A DNA stretch of 36,295 nt from positions 1 to 36,295 of the IMG/VR virus record IMGVR_UViG_3300045988_177189; one strand, given 5' to 3'. The translations under genes and the position numbers were made by a program. Below the pieces are notes generated by a model, which saw only the letters and a program-made list of their open reading frames with translations, did not search any database and was not told where the DNA came from. How positions within the stretch are numbered: the first letter of the stretch is position 1; every line of letters begins with the position of its first letter. The DNA comes from a virus. This document shows positions 8,061-16,215 of this stretch, piece after piece.

Positions 8061-9326
8061 ATGACGGCATATTTAGGAATGAAATATTTAAGAAATAAAC
8101 TGATATCAAAAAGACCAAGAAATGAAGAAAAGTATCTGTATTATGAAATGAAGAATACCATGAGGGATTTTAATATTACTATGCCTAAAGAATTCATATG
8201 GCTAAAAAGCTGTCTTGGATGGTCAGCGAAGGCAGTTGATTCAATCGCTGACAGGCTTTCATTTAGAGAATTTTCAAATGATAATTTCGGAATAAATGAA
8301 ATATATCAGTTAAATAATCCTGATGTTCTTTTTGACAGTGCGATTATCTCAGCACTTATTACATCGTGCTCATTCATATATATTTCAAATGATATAAGCG
8401 GATTTCCCCGCATGCAGGTAATTGACGGTCGAAACGCTACAGGAATAATTGATCCTATTACTTACATGCTTAGCGAGGGTTATGCTGTTCTTGAAAGAAA
8501 TATTCATGATGAACCGGTCAAGGAGGCTTATTTTATAAAAGAGGGTACATGGTTTTATGAAAAAGATAAAGCACCTTATTTTATTTCAAGCAAAGCCCCG
8601 TATCCACTGCTCGTTCCGGTTATTTTTAGACCTGATCCAAAAAGACCGTTTGGACATTCAAGAATATCCAGAGCCTGCATAGGTATTCAGCAGAGCGCAA
8701 TGCGAACGCTCAAGCGTTCAGAAGTATCAGCAGAGTTTTATTCTTTCCCACAAAAGTATGTACTAGGGTTAAGCCCAGATGCTGAGGCTCTGGACAAATG
8801 GCGCGCTACTGTCTCAACTATGCTTCAGCTCGATAAGGACGAGGATGGTGATTCACCAACAGTTGGACAGTTTGAACAGCAGTCTATGGCGCCGTATGTA
8901 GAACAACTGAAAATGTTTGCTAGTCTATTTGCAGGCGAGACAGGTCTTACCTTGGATGATCTGGGATTTTCAACTGATAACCCGTCAAGTGTTGAGGCTA
9001 TAAAAGCGCAGCATGAAAATTTAAGGCTTATCGCTAGAAAAGCGCAAAAAACTTTCAGTGTAGGTTTTTTAAATGCCGGATATCTTGCTGCATGTTTAAG
9101 AGATAATTATGAATATGACAGATACCAGATTTATTTGTCAAAAGCTAAATGGGAACCGTTATTCGAGCCTGATTCGTCTACATTATCTGTTATAGGTGAT
9201 GGTGCTATTAAAATTAATCAGGCGGTACCGGGATTCTTTGACAAGGATACTTTAAGAGATTTAACAGGTATCGATTATAGTGAAAATGCTGGAATCGGAA
9301 AAACTGCAGGAGAGATCGTACAGTAA
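8061..9326 (+). CDS. portal protein
   Basis: 421 aa, immediately upstream of the MuF/gp7-like gene. The region LGWSAKAVDSIADRL...ALITSCSFIYIS...VIDGRNATGI resembles portals of Gram-positive siphophages (recollection, not searched). Confidence 0.75.
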   Translation: MTAYLGMKYLRNKLISKRPRNEEKYLYYEMKNTMRDFNITMPKEFIWLKSCLGWSAKAVDSIADRLSFREFSNDNFGINEIYQLNNPDVLFDSAIISALITSCSFIYISNDISGFPRMQVIDGRNATGIIDPITYMLSEGYAVLERNIHDEPVKEAYFIKEGTWFYEKDKAPYFISSKAPYPLLVPVIFRPDPKRPFGHSRISRACIGIQQSAMRTLKRSEVSAEFYSFPQKYVLGLSPDAEALDKWRATVSTMLQLDKDEDGDSPTVGQFEQQSMAPYVEQLKMFASLFAGETGLTLDDLGFSTDNPSSVEAIKAQHENLRLIARKAQKTFSVGFLNAGYLAACLRDNYEYDRYQIYLSKAKWEPLFEPDSSTLSVIGDGAIKINQAVPGFFDKDTLRDLTGIDYSENAGIGKTAGEIVQ

Positions 9327-10552
9327 TGGAAGATATTGCACCTGAATTGTATGAGAGGATAAAAAGTACATACGAAAATGAAAAAGCATCAAGTAAAAAG
9401 CTGGATGCTTTTTTAGAAAAAGTAAAAAATGGCAATGCCACATATGAAGATGTCTATGATTATGCAGGTGAACTGGGCAGATGTCTGGAAAGTGCATTCA
9501 GTCACAATATAAGCGACGATGTGCTGCCCGACAGCAGGATGTATTACAATATAGCAAAAAGAATAATCGAGCCCATGCTTAAGAAAAGTCATGATGATAT
9601 TGCAGCACAGTGCAGTGCTGTACAACATTCATTAAATAAAAAAGCCGGCATAGGATTAAATGCTGTTAAACCTGAATATGATCAAGCCAGAACAGAGGCA
9701 ATCATAAATTATGTATGCACACGTGATAAATACAGCAGTGTAGAAAAAAGTTTTTTAGACGGATTAAGCAATAACTGTCGCAAGACTGTAGATGATTCTG
9801 TAAAGCAGAATGCTGATTTTCATTACAAAAGCGGGTTAAGTCCGCGAATAGTAAGGATTTGCAGAGGAAAAGCGTGCAAGTGGTGTCGTGAGGTCGAAGG
9901 CAGTTATAACTACAAGGATGTAAGGAATACCGGTAACAATGTATTTAGAAGACACGCCAACTGCACCTGTACAGTTTCATATGATCCTGGTGACGGATCA
10001 AAAAAAATTCAGGATGTATATTCGAAGAGATGGCAGAACCAGGATGCCTTTCAGGAAAGAAAAAGATTTTACCTGGAAAACAGAGTTGATAAAAAAAGAT
10101 TAACAGATATGGAACAGTATGCGGTAAACAGTCATATATCATCTGATTTTTATATTATCAACGACTGTTTAAGAAATGGATATATATTAAATCAGGAGCA
10201 GAATACACTGGTGAAAAATCTAGATTCCGCATTGGAGAAACTAGACAGCTATAAAGGGAGGGTCAGCAGATCAGTTCAGTTTTACAGTTCATCAGATTTA
10301 GATAAGTTTTTATCTGATCATGAGCCGGGGCAAACTGTTACGTATAAAGATTTTACATCTTCCACTGCTTCAAAAGAATTGTATAATCCCGACGGACAGG
10401 TTCAGATGTTCTGGACTAGTCGTCGAGGCAGAAATTTGATAAAATACAATAAGAAAGAACAGGAAATATTATATAAAAGAAACAGCAGTTTTATAGTCTT
10501 GGAAAAGAGACATATTAAAGGTGTTTATTATATTTTCATGGAGGAACTGTAA
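9326..10552 (+). CDS. head morphogenesis (SPP1 gp7 / Mu F-like) protein fused to a C-terminal ADP-ribosyltransferase domain
   Basis: The MuF-like core is CRGKACKWCREV...RRHANCTCTV. The C-terminal ~150 aa carry YAVNSHISSDFYIINDCLRNG, YKGRVSR (Arg), FTSSTAS (S-T-S) and KEQEILY (ExE), the R-S-E triad of C3/VIP2-type ADP-ribosyltransferases. Confidence 0.85.
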   Translation: MEDIAPELYERIKSTYENEKASSKKLDAFLEKVKNGNATYEDVYDYAGELGRCLESAFSHNISDDVLPDSRMYYNIAKRIIEPMLKKSHDDIAAQCSAVQHSLNKKAGIGLNAVKPEYDQARTEAIINYVCTRDKYSSVEKSFLDGLSNNCRKTVDDSVKQNADFHYKSGLSPRIVRICRGKACKWCREVEGSYNYKDVRNTGNNVFRRHANCTCTVSYDPGDGSKKIQDVYSKRWQNQDAFQERKRFYLENRVDKKRLTDMEQYAVNSHISSDFYIINDCLRNGYILNQEQNTLVKNLDSALEKLDSYKGRVSRSVQFYSSSDLDKFLSDHEPGQTVTYKDFTSSTASKELYNPDGQVQMFWTSRRGRNLIKYNKKEQEILYKRNSSFIVLEKRHIKGVYYIFMEEL

Positions 10553-10553
10553 A

Positions 10554-10766
10554 ATGACCTTAAGTCTAGAAGAATGGAGAAAGCTGTCAGAAGAACAGAA
10601 AGGAATACGGTATAAGGAACTGAGCGATCATGATAAATTTATTGTTCGTACCAGTACTCCGCCGGCTTTTGAAGTTACCGGGCGCAAAGAGCTTAGTGAA
10701 GAAGAAAAAAAGAGCGCAAAAAAAGAATTTGATGAGTTTTTAGTATATTATGGAATAAAAAAATAG
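10554..10766 (+). CDS. hypothetical protein (70 aa) directly upstream of the large terminase
   Basis: ATG 10554 lies after GGAGGA. No small-terminase motif is recognisable. Confidence 0.55.
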   Translation: MTLSLEEWRKLSEEQKGIRYKELSDHDKFIVRTSTPPAFEVTGRKELSEEEKKSAKKEFDEFLVYYGIKK

Positions 10767-10777
10767 GAGGTTAAGGT

Positions 10778-12196
10778 ATGGAGCCAAAAAGAATTGGCCG
10801 TCAGACTCCTACAACCTCGTTAGTGCTGCCTTATAAAAAAACAAAAGGCAAAGAAGCAGTTGAAATTTACAACAAAACCGGCAGAACTGCCCGGGAATGG
10901 CAGGAACTGCTAATTTACGATATTATGGCATATGATGATGAAGGCTTATGGGTTCATTCTACCTATGGATATGCGGTACCGCGTCGTAACGGTAAAACTG
11001 AAGATGTGATAATGCGTATTTTATGGGGACTTAAAAATGGTGAAAAAATCATTTATACTTCTCATCTTATCTCAACGTCTCATTCAGTCTGGGAAACAGT
11101 TACATATCTGTTAGACAGTATGGATATTAAATATGCTTCGGTAAAAGCCAAGGGGCAGGAAAATATCAGACTTTTAGATGAGAATGACAAGCCCTATAAA
11201 CTTGATCATATGATTAATTTTAGAACCAGATCAAATAATGGCGGGCTGGGTGAAGGATATGACCTGTTAATTATCGATGAAGCACAGGAGTACACTATTG
11301 ACCAGGAATCAGCGTTGAAATACACTATTTCAGCGAGTTCAAATCCTCAAATTATTATGCTGGGTACTCCGCCAACAGCTATTTCGCATGGTACAGTATT
11401 CCAGAAAATAAGAGAAAAGGTATTAAGCGGTTTTTCGAAAAATACCGGATGGGCGGAATGGTCTGTTGATACGATGCAGGATCCAAAGAACAGAGAAGCA
11501 TGGTATGAGACAAATCCCTCTTTAGGGCAAGGACTTACAGAAAGAGTTATTGAAAATGAAAATACGACTGATGATGTCGATTTTAATATTCAGAGGTTAG
11601 GTCACTGGCTGTCATATTCACAAAAATCCCTGTTTACTGAAAATGAATGGGATTCATTGAAAATAAGTAAAATACCGAATTTTAAAAACAAACTGTTTGT
11701 TGGAATAAAATTTGGAGCTGACGGACGACATGCTGCATTATCTATAGCAACCAAAACAGATGATAAGATATTTATTGAATCCATAGACTGTCAAAGTCAG
11801 AGAAACGGAAATCTGTGGATCATAAATTTTTTAAAAAATGCAGATATAGAAAAAATTGCAGTTGACGGAGCAGGAGCTCAGGACGTTTTAAAAAAGGATC
11901 TTAAGGAGTACGGTATAAAAATAAAAATTGTGCTTCCTAAAGTAAAAGACGTGATAGTAGCCAACAACATGTTTGAACAGAGCATAACTTCATTAAAAAA
12001 TATATGCCATAATGGGCAGGAATCATTAAGACAGGTCGTTACAAACTGCATTAAGCGTGCTATTGGAACGAATGGCGGTTTTGGATATAAAGCCTTAATT
12101 GAAGAACATGAAATAGCACTGATGGACAGTGCTGTTCTTGCACACTGGCTATGTGCATCAGCTAAAGAAAAAAAGAAACAACGTGTTAATTATTAA
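10778..12196 (+). CDS. terL: terminase large subunit
   Basis: Walker A-like VPRRNGKTE, Walker B LLIIDEAQE, and the N-terminal GRQTPT...REWQ pattern of Terminase_1-type proteins. Confidence 0.9.
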   Translation: MEPKRIGRQTPTTSLVLPYKKTKGKEAVEIYNKTGRTAREWQELLIYDIMAYDDEGLWVHSTYGYAVPRRNGKTEDVIMRILWGLKNGEKIIYTSHLISTSHSVWETVTYLLDSMDIKYASVKAKGQENIRLLDENDKPYKLDHMINFRTRSNNGGLGEGYDLLIIDEAQEYTIDQESALKYTISASSNPQIIMLGTPPTAISHGTVFQKIREKVLSGFSKNTGWAEWSVDTMQDPKNREAWYETNPSLGQGLTERVIENENTTDDVDFNIQRLGHWLSYSQKSLFTENEWDSLKISKIPNFKNKLFVGIKFGADGRHAALSIATKTDDKIFIESIDCQSQRNGNLWIINFLKNADIEKIAVDGAGAQDVLKKDLKEYGIKIKIVLPKVKDVIVANNMFEQSITSLKNICHNGQESLRQVVTNCIKRAIGTNGGFGYKALIEEHEIALMDSAVLAHWLCASAKEKKKQRVNY

Positions 12197-12255
12197 CGAA
12201 AGCATCTATTTTATGGATGTTTTTATTATTTTAAATTTACGTACACTAAACGGTT

Positions 12256-12283
12256 AATTAGGAGGTTATTAGAAATGTCAGAA
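12256..12283 (+). repeat. 28-bp translation-initiation repeat, copy 1 (scaffold gene start)
   Basis: AATTAGGAGGTTATTAGAAATGTCAGAA is identical to 12738-12765. Confidence 0.9.
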
Positions 12284-12754
12284 TTTAAAGCAATTACAAC
12301 ACAGGAAGAATTTGAAATGCGTTTAAAAGAGCGCCTTGAACAAAAAGAAAGAAATGTATTAAAAAAATTCGAGGGATATACTTCGCCGGAAGATTTGGAA
12401 ACTATCAAAAGTGATTATCAAAGTAAGATTGATACATTAAATCAGTCAATCAGCGATAAAGACAGTCAGTATAGCAGTGAAATCGAGGGTTATATTCAAA
12501 AAATTGCTGATTATGAGACCGACTCAGTAAAAACGAGAGTGGCAATTGATATGGGTATTCCTTTGAAACTAAAGGACAGACTTAAAGGAACAACGGAAGA
12601 TGAAATAAGAGCGGATGCGGAGCTTTTATCTGGTCTGTATTCCCCTGCTCCGCCTTTAGCATCGTCAGAACATACTATGACAGCAGAAGATGAAAAAAAA
12701 TTAAAATTAGAAAACGGTTATAAAGAAATGGCCAAAAAATTAGGAGGTTATTAG
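12275..12754 (+). CDS. capsid scaffolding protein
   Basis: Acidic, coiled-coil-rich 159-aa protein directly before the major capsid gene. The N-terminus TTQEEFEMRLKERLEQKE resembles DUF4355-type scaffolds. Confidence 0.7.
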   Translation: MSEFKAITTQEEFEMRLKERLEQKERNVLKKFEGYTSPEDLETIKSDYQSKIDTLNQSISDKDSQYSSEIEGYIQKIADYETDSVKTRVAIDMGIPLKLKDRLKGTTEDEIRADAELLSGLYSPAPPLASSEHTMTAEDEKKLKLENGYKEMAKKLGGY

Positions 12755-12765
12755 AAATGTCAGAA
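12738..12765 (+). repeat. 28-bp translation-initiation repeat, copy 2 (capsid gene start)
   Basis: Identical to 12256-12283. It also encodes the scaffold C-terminus LGGY*. Confidence 0.9.
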
Positions 12766-13665
12766 GGAAAAATTTTAGAAGTTAAAAATTATAAAACAGT
12801 TTTTACACCAGAATTAGTAACTGATCTTTTTTCAAAGGTAAGAGGTCACTCATCATTAGCTAATCTTGCTAAAAAAGAGCCGCTTCCTTTCAACGGTAAA
12901 GAAATGATGATCTTTACAATGGATGATGAAGTGAATATCGTTGGTGAATCAGGAAAGAAAACAAGAGGATCAGCAGATATCAGCACTAAAACAATGGTTC
13001 CAATCAAAGTCGAGTACGGTATCCGTATTTCAGATGAATTTATGTATGCTACTGAAGAAAAGAAAATTGATATTCTAAAAGCGTTCAATGAGGGATTTGC
13101 TAAAAAAGTCGCACGAGGATTAGATATTATGGCAATGCATGGAATCAATCCAAGAACAAAAGAAGCATCTAACTTGATTGGTGATAATCATTTCGATCAT
13201 GGTTCGCTTACAGTTACAACAACTGCCGGTGAAGAAGATAAGGACATCAATAAGGCAATTGCCTTATTTGATGAATCAGACGATTTTGAAGTTTCGGGAT
13301 TTGCAATAGCAAAAGCATTCAGAACTTCATTAAGTGAACTCGAGTATAAAAACGGAGCTGCCAAATTTCCAGAATTAGGATGGGGAAGTAATACTTCAGC
13401 ATTACGCGGTTTAGCCGTAGATGTCAATTCAACAGTTGCATTTAATGATTCTAAGGATTTGGCAATTGTTGGAGATTTTGCAAACTATTTTAAATACGGT
13501 ATTGCTAAAGAAATCCTAATGGATGTGATTCCTTATGGTGATCCTGATAATACAGGATTAGATTTAAAAGGAAATAATCAGATTTTTATCCGGTCAGAAG
13601 TTTATTTAGGTTGGGCAATCATGGACGAGAATGCTTTTGCCAGAATTTTAAAAACTGAAGGATAA
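12757..13665 (+). CDS. major capsid protein
   Basis: 302 aa with a strong SD, positioned after the scaffold and before the connector genes. Confidence 0.8.
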   Translation: MSEGKILEVKNYKTVFTPELVTDLFSKVRGHSSLANLAKKEPLPFNGKEMMIFTMDDEVNIVGESGKKTRGSADISTKTMVPIKVEYGIRISDEFMYATEEKKIDILKAFNEGFAKKVARGLDIMAMHGINPRTKEASNLIGDNHFDHGSLTVTTTAGEEDKDINKAIALFDESDDFEVSGFAIAKAFRTSLSELEYKNGAAKFPELGWGSNTSALRGLAVDVNSTVAFNDSKDLAIVGDFANYFKYGIAKEILMDVIPYGDPDNTGLDLKGNNQIFIRSEVYLGWAIMDENAFARILKTEG

Positions 13666-13676
13666 GGAAGTGAAAG

Positions 13677-14078
13677 ATGATGAAGCCTTTCGTTACATTA
13701 AAGGATATTTCGCTGTTGTTCAGAGATCTTAGTAGTTTAGAAGAACGCAAGGCCTCAGCACTTTTGGAGGTTGTTTCTGACTCTCTTCGCCAGGAAGCTA
13801 AAAAAGTCGGAAAGAACCTTGATGAAATGATAAAAAATGGCGAAGTGTATGAAAATGTAGTTAAATCAGTTGCAGTTGACATTATCGCAAGAAATTTAAT
13901 GACCTCAACTGACAGCGAGCCTATGGAACAGTTTTCACAGTCGGCATTGGGATATACCGCTTCAGGAACATATCTTGTACCCGGTGGAGGGCTGTTTATT
14001 AAAAAAAGTGAATTATCAAGACTGGGACTTAGAAGACAGAGGATAGGAGTACTGGACATATGGGGATTAAAGGAATAA
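13677..14078 (+). CDS. head-tail connector / head completion protein
   Basis: Call rests on position and size (133 aa). The stretch LEERKASALLEVVSDSLRQEA resembles Gp19/Gp15-type connector proteins (recollection). Confidence 0.55.
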   Translation: MMKPFVTLKDISLLFRDLSSLEERKASALLEVVSDSLRQEAKKVGKNLDEMIKNGEVYENVVKSVAVDIIARNLMTSTDSEPMEQFSQSALGYTASGTYLVPGGGLFIKKSELSRLGLRRQRIGVLDIWGLKE

Positions 14079-14395
14079 ATGTAATCTTAGTTGAAAAGAT
14101 TGAAACCGGTAAAGACAGTTTTAATGAGCCGGTGTATAAAGAAATCGAGAAGTGCATAAAAAATGTTCTTGTTGCCCCGTCAACTTCTGATGATATTGTC
14201 ACTGCTCAGGATCTGGCTGGAAAAAAAGCCGTGTACACTTTAGCAATTCCAAAATGTGATAACAGCGTTTGGGAAGATAAAGATGTTATATTTTTCGGCA
14301 AGAGATGGCATGTACTCGGTTTCACTATTGAAGGAATAGAGGAAAATATTCCGCTTTGCTGGAATAAAAAGGTAATGGTGGAAAGATATGGCTAA
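14060..14395 (+). CDS. head closure / head-tail adaptor protein
   Basis: Call rests on position and size (111 aa) within the connector block. Confidence 0.5.
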   Translation: MGIKGINVILVEKIETGKDSFNEPVYKEIEKCIKNVLVAPSTSDDIVTAQDLAGKKAVYTLAIPKCDNSVWEDKDVIFFGKRWHVLGFTIEGIEENIPLCWNKKVMVERYG

Positions 14396-14627
14396 AACCA
14401 GAATTGTTTTAAACAGAAAAGGGGTAGGAAGTCTACTGAAATCAAAAGAGATGATGGCAGTGTGCCTTGAACATGCTAATGCAACATGTCAAAGTGCAGG
14501 CGGTGCGGGTTACGAAGTAACAACATTTACCGGAAAATCGCGTGTGAATGCCTCTGTAAGAGCAAATACCAGAAAAACAATCAGTGATAACTACAAAAAC
14601 AACACACTGCTTAAAAGTCTGAGGTGA
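14388..14627 (+). CDS. structural (connector/neck) protein, 79 aa
   Basis: Overlapping start-stop chain within the connector block. Confidence 0.5.
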   Translation: MAKTRIVLNRKGVGSLLKSKEMMAVCLEHANATCQSAGGAGYEVTTFTGKSRVNASVRANTRKTISDNYKNNTLLKSLR

Positions 14628-14962
14628 AATCTGTGATTGAAGAAACTGTATTAAATTATCTAAATAAAAAATTAACTGTTCCTGTCTTTTTAGAAAACAG
14701 GGATATCGAAGAATATGTCGTAATAGGCAAAACAGGAAGTGGAAGAGTGAATTTTGCTAACTCAGCCACCTTTTTTCTACAGTCGTATGCATCTACCAGA
14801 TATAAAGCTGCATTGTTAAATGAGCAGGTAAAAAAAGCAATGGACGACTTGGCTGAACTCAAAGAAATATCATATTCCCGGTTAAATACCGATTATGATT
14901 TTACAGATACAGCCAAAAAGAAATACCGGTATCAGGCAGTATATGATATCGGTTTTTATTAA
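14624..14962 (+). CDS. tail completion / tail terminator-like protein
   Basis: Positioned just before the major tail gene. The alternative start GTG 14633 lies 6 nt after GAGGTG. Confidence 0.5.
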   Translation: MKSVIEETVLNYLNKKLTVPVFLENRDIEEYVVIGKTGSGRVNFANSATFFLQSYASTRYKAALLNEQVKKAMDDLAELKEISYSRLNTDYDFTDTAKKKYRYQAVYDIGFY

Positions 14963-14983
14963 CTTGTGAAGGAGGAAAAATAA

Positions 14984-15544
14984 ATGTCAAGTGATGCAAG
15001 TAATGTAACATCTTCAAAACCATCTGTTGGCGGTGCTGTTTGGGTGGCACCGTTAAAAACAGAAATTCCAACCGATGCAAAAACACCTTTAAATGAAGCT
15101 TTTAAATCATTGGGGTACTGTTCTGATGACGGATTAACTAACTCAAACAGTCCGGAAACTGATAATCAGAAAGCATGGGGCGGTGATGTAGTACTGGTTT
15201 TACAAACAAGCAAAGAGGATACATTTCAGTTTAAATTGATTGAATCGCTTAATACAGATGTTCTAAAGACAGTGTACGGCAGTAAAAATGTAACCGGCAC
15301 CCTTGAATCTGGATTAAAAATAGCTGCAAAAAACGATGAGCCTGAGCAGTTCGAATGGGTGTTTGAAATGATTTTAAAAGGCGGGATTTTAAAAAGAATT
15401 GTAGTTCCGTGCGCATCGGTAACTGAAATTGGTGATATTGTTTATAAAGATGATGAATCAGTCGGTTATGAATGTACTGTTGCAGCCGTTCCGGATCAAA
15501 ACGGTGCAACACATTATGAATACTTAGTAAAAAATACTGAATAA
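14984..15544 (+). CDS. major tail protein
   Basis: 186 aa with a very strong SD (GAAGGAGGAAAAATAA), positioned before the chaperone pair and tape measure. Confidence 0.7.
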   Translation: MSSDASNVTSSKPSVGGAVWVAPLKTEIPTDAKTPLNEAFKSLGYCSDDGLTNSNSPETDNQKAWGGDVVLVLQTSKEDTFQFKLIESLNTDVLKTVYGSKNVTGTLESGLKIAAKNDEPEQFEWVFEMILKGGILKRIVVPCASVTEIGDIVYKDDESVGYECTVAAVPDQNGATHYEYLVKNTE

Positions 15545-15556
15545 GGAGAATGCTAG

Positions 15557-15814
15557 ATGATCAAAGGTGAATCAAAAACAGGGTTTAAGTTTAATATCAA
15601 TGAAAAATTTATTGACTGGGAACTTCTTGAAATGATGGCAGAAGTAGATAAAAATCCGATTTTAATGATTAGTATTGCTAAAAGACTGTTAGGGATTAAA
15701 CAGTATAATCGTTTAAAAGACCACTGCAGGACTAAGGATGGAAGAGTTCCTCTTGAAAGAATGGAAGAGGAGATTTTTTCGATTATTGATTCAAGCAAAG
15801 AAACAAAAAACTAA
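15557..15814 (+). CDS. tail assembly chaperone (G-like)
   Basis: 85 aa, immediately upstream of the tape measure. Ends with a slippery heptamer. Confidence 0.7.
   Translation: MIKGESKTGFKFNINEKFIDWELLEMMAEVDKNPILMISIAKRLLGIKQYNRLKDHCRTKDGRVPLERMEEEIFSIIDSSKETKN
15805..15811 (+). promoter_or_regulatory. -1 programmed ribosomal frameshift site A_AAA_AAC
   Basis: Canonical X_XXY_YYZ heptamer in the zero frame (aca aaa aac taa). The -1 frame is open and continues into ORF 15829..16215. Confidence 0.65.
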
Positions 15815-15828
15815 TTATCCTCGCCGAC

Positions 15829-16215
15829 ATGATAAATACTGATGAATCAGCAGTTATTTGTGATCTGGCTGAAACATACAGTATATTTGATTATAAGTCG
15901 CTTCCGGTATTAACGGTCGCGACTTTTTGTGTTGGTCTGAGGGAAAATTCAAGAATAAAAATGAAAAAAAACAGGCTTGCTGTTCCTTTTGAAACTATAC
16001 TTCTTGGTGTGATTGCGGACAGCCTTAAATTATTAGTCTGGACAAAGTCTAAAGATGCTCAGAAAGGATTTAACAGGCCTAAATCGATCGTTAAGTCACT
16101 GTTTGAAAACGAAGCTAAAGAAAATATATCTTTTTCAAGCGGTGAAGAATTTGAAAAAGCAAAATTGAAAATTTTAGGGAAGGAGGCAGATGTATGGCAA
16201 GCGGAACAGAATTAG
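15829..16215 (+). CDS. tail assembly chaperone extension (T-like), probably made as a 15557..16215 G-T fusion by -1 frameshift
   Basis: The frame is -1 relative to the G-like ORF and has no SD of its own. The motif DYKSLPVLTVATFCVGLRENSRIK resembles Gp15-type chaperones. Confidence 0.6.
   Translation: MINTDESAVICDLAETYSIFDYKSLPVLTVATFCVGLRENSRIKMKKNRLAVPFETILLGVIADSLKLLVWTKSKDAQKGFNRPKSIVKSLFENEAKENISFSSGEEFEKAKLKILGKEADVWQAEQN

Noticed and set aside
13619-14059. 146-aa minus-strand ORF, plus similar antisense ORFs at 12846-13148, 13197-13427, 21085-21462, 3289-3654, 9214-9628, 14656-15086, 15249-15798 and 35118-35887
   Set aside because: All lie fully inside well-supported + strand genes. 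They have no SD, and their composition is low-complexity or Ser/Leu/Phe-rich, as is typical of the shadow frame of AT-rich coding sequence.
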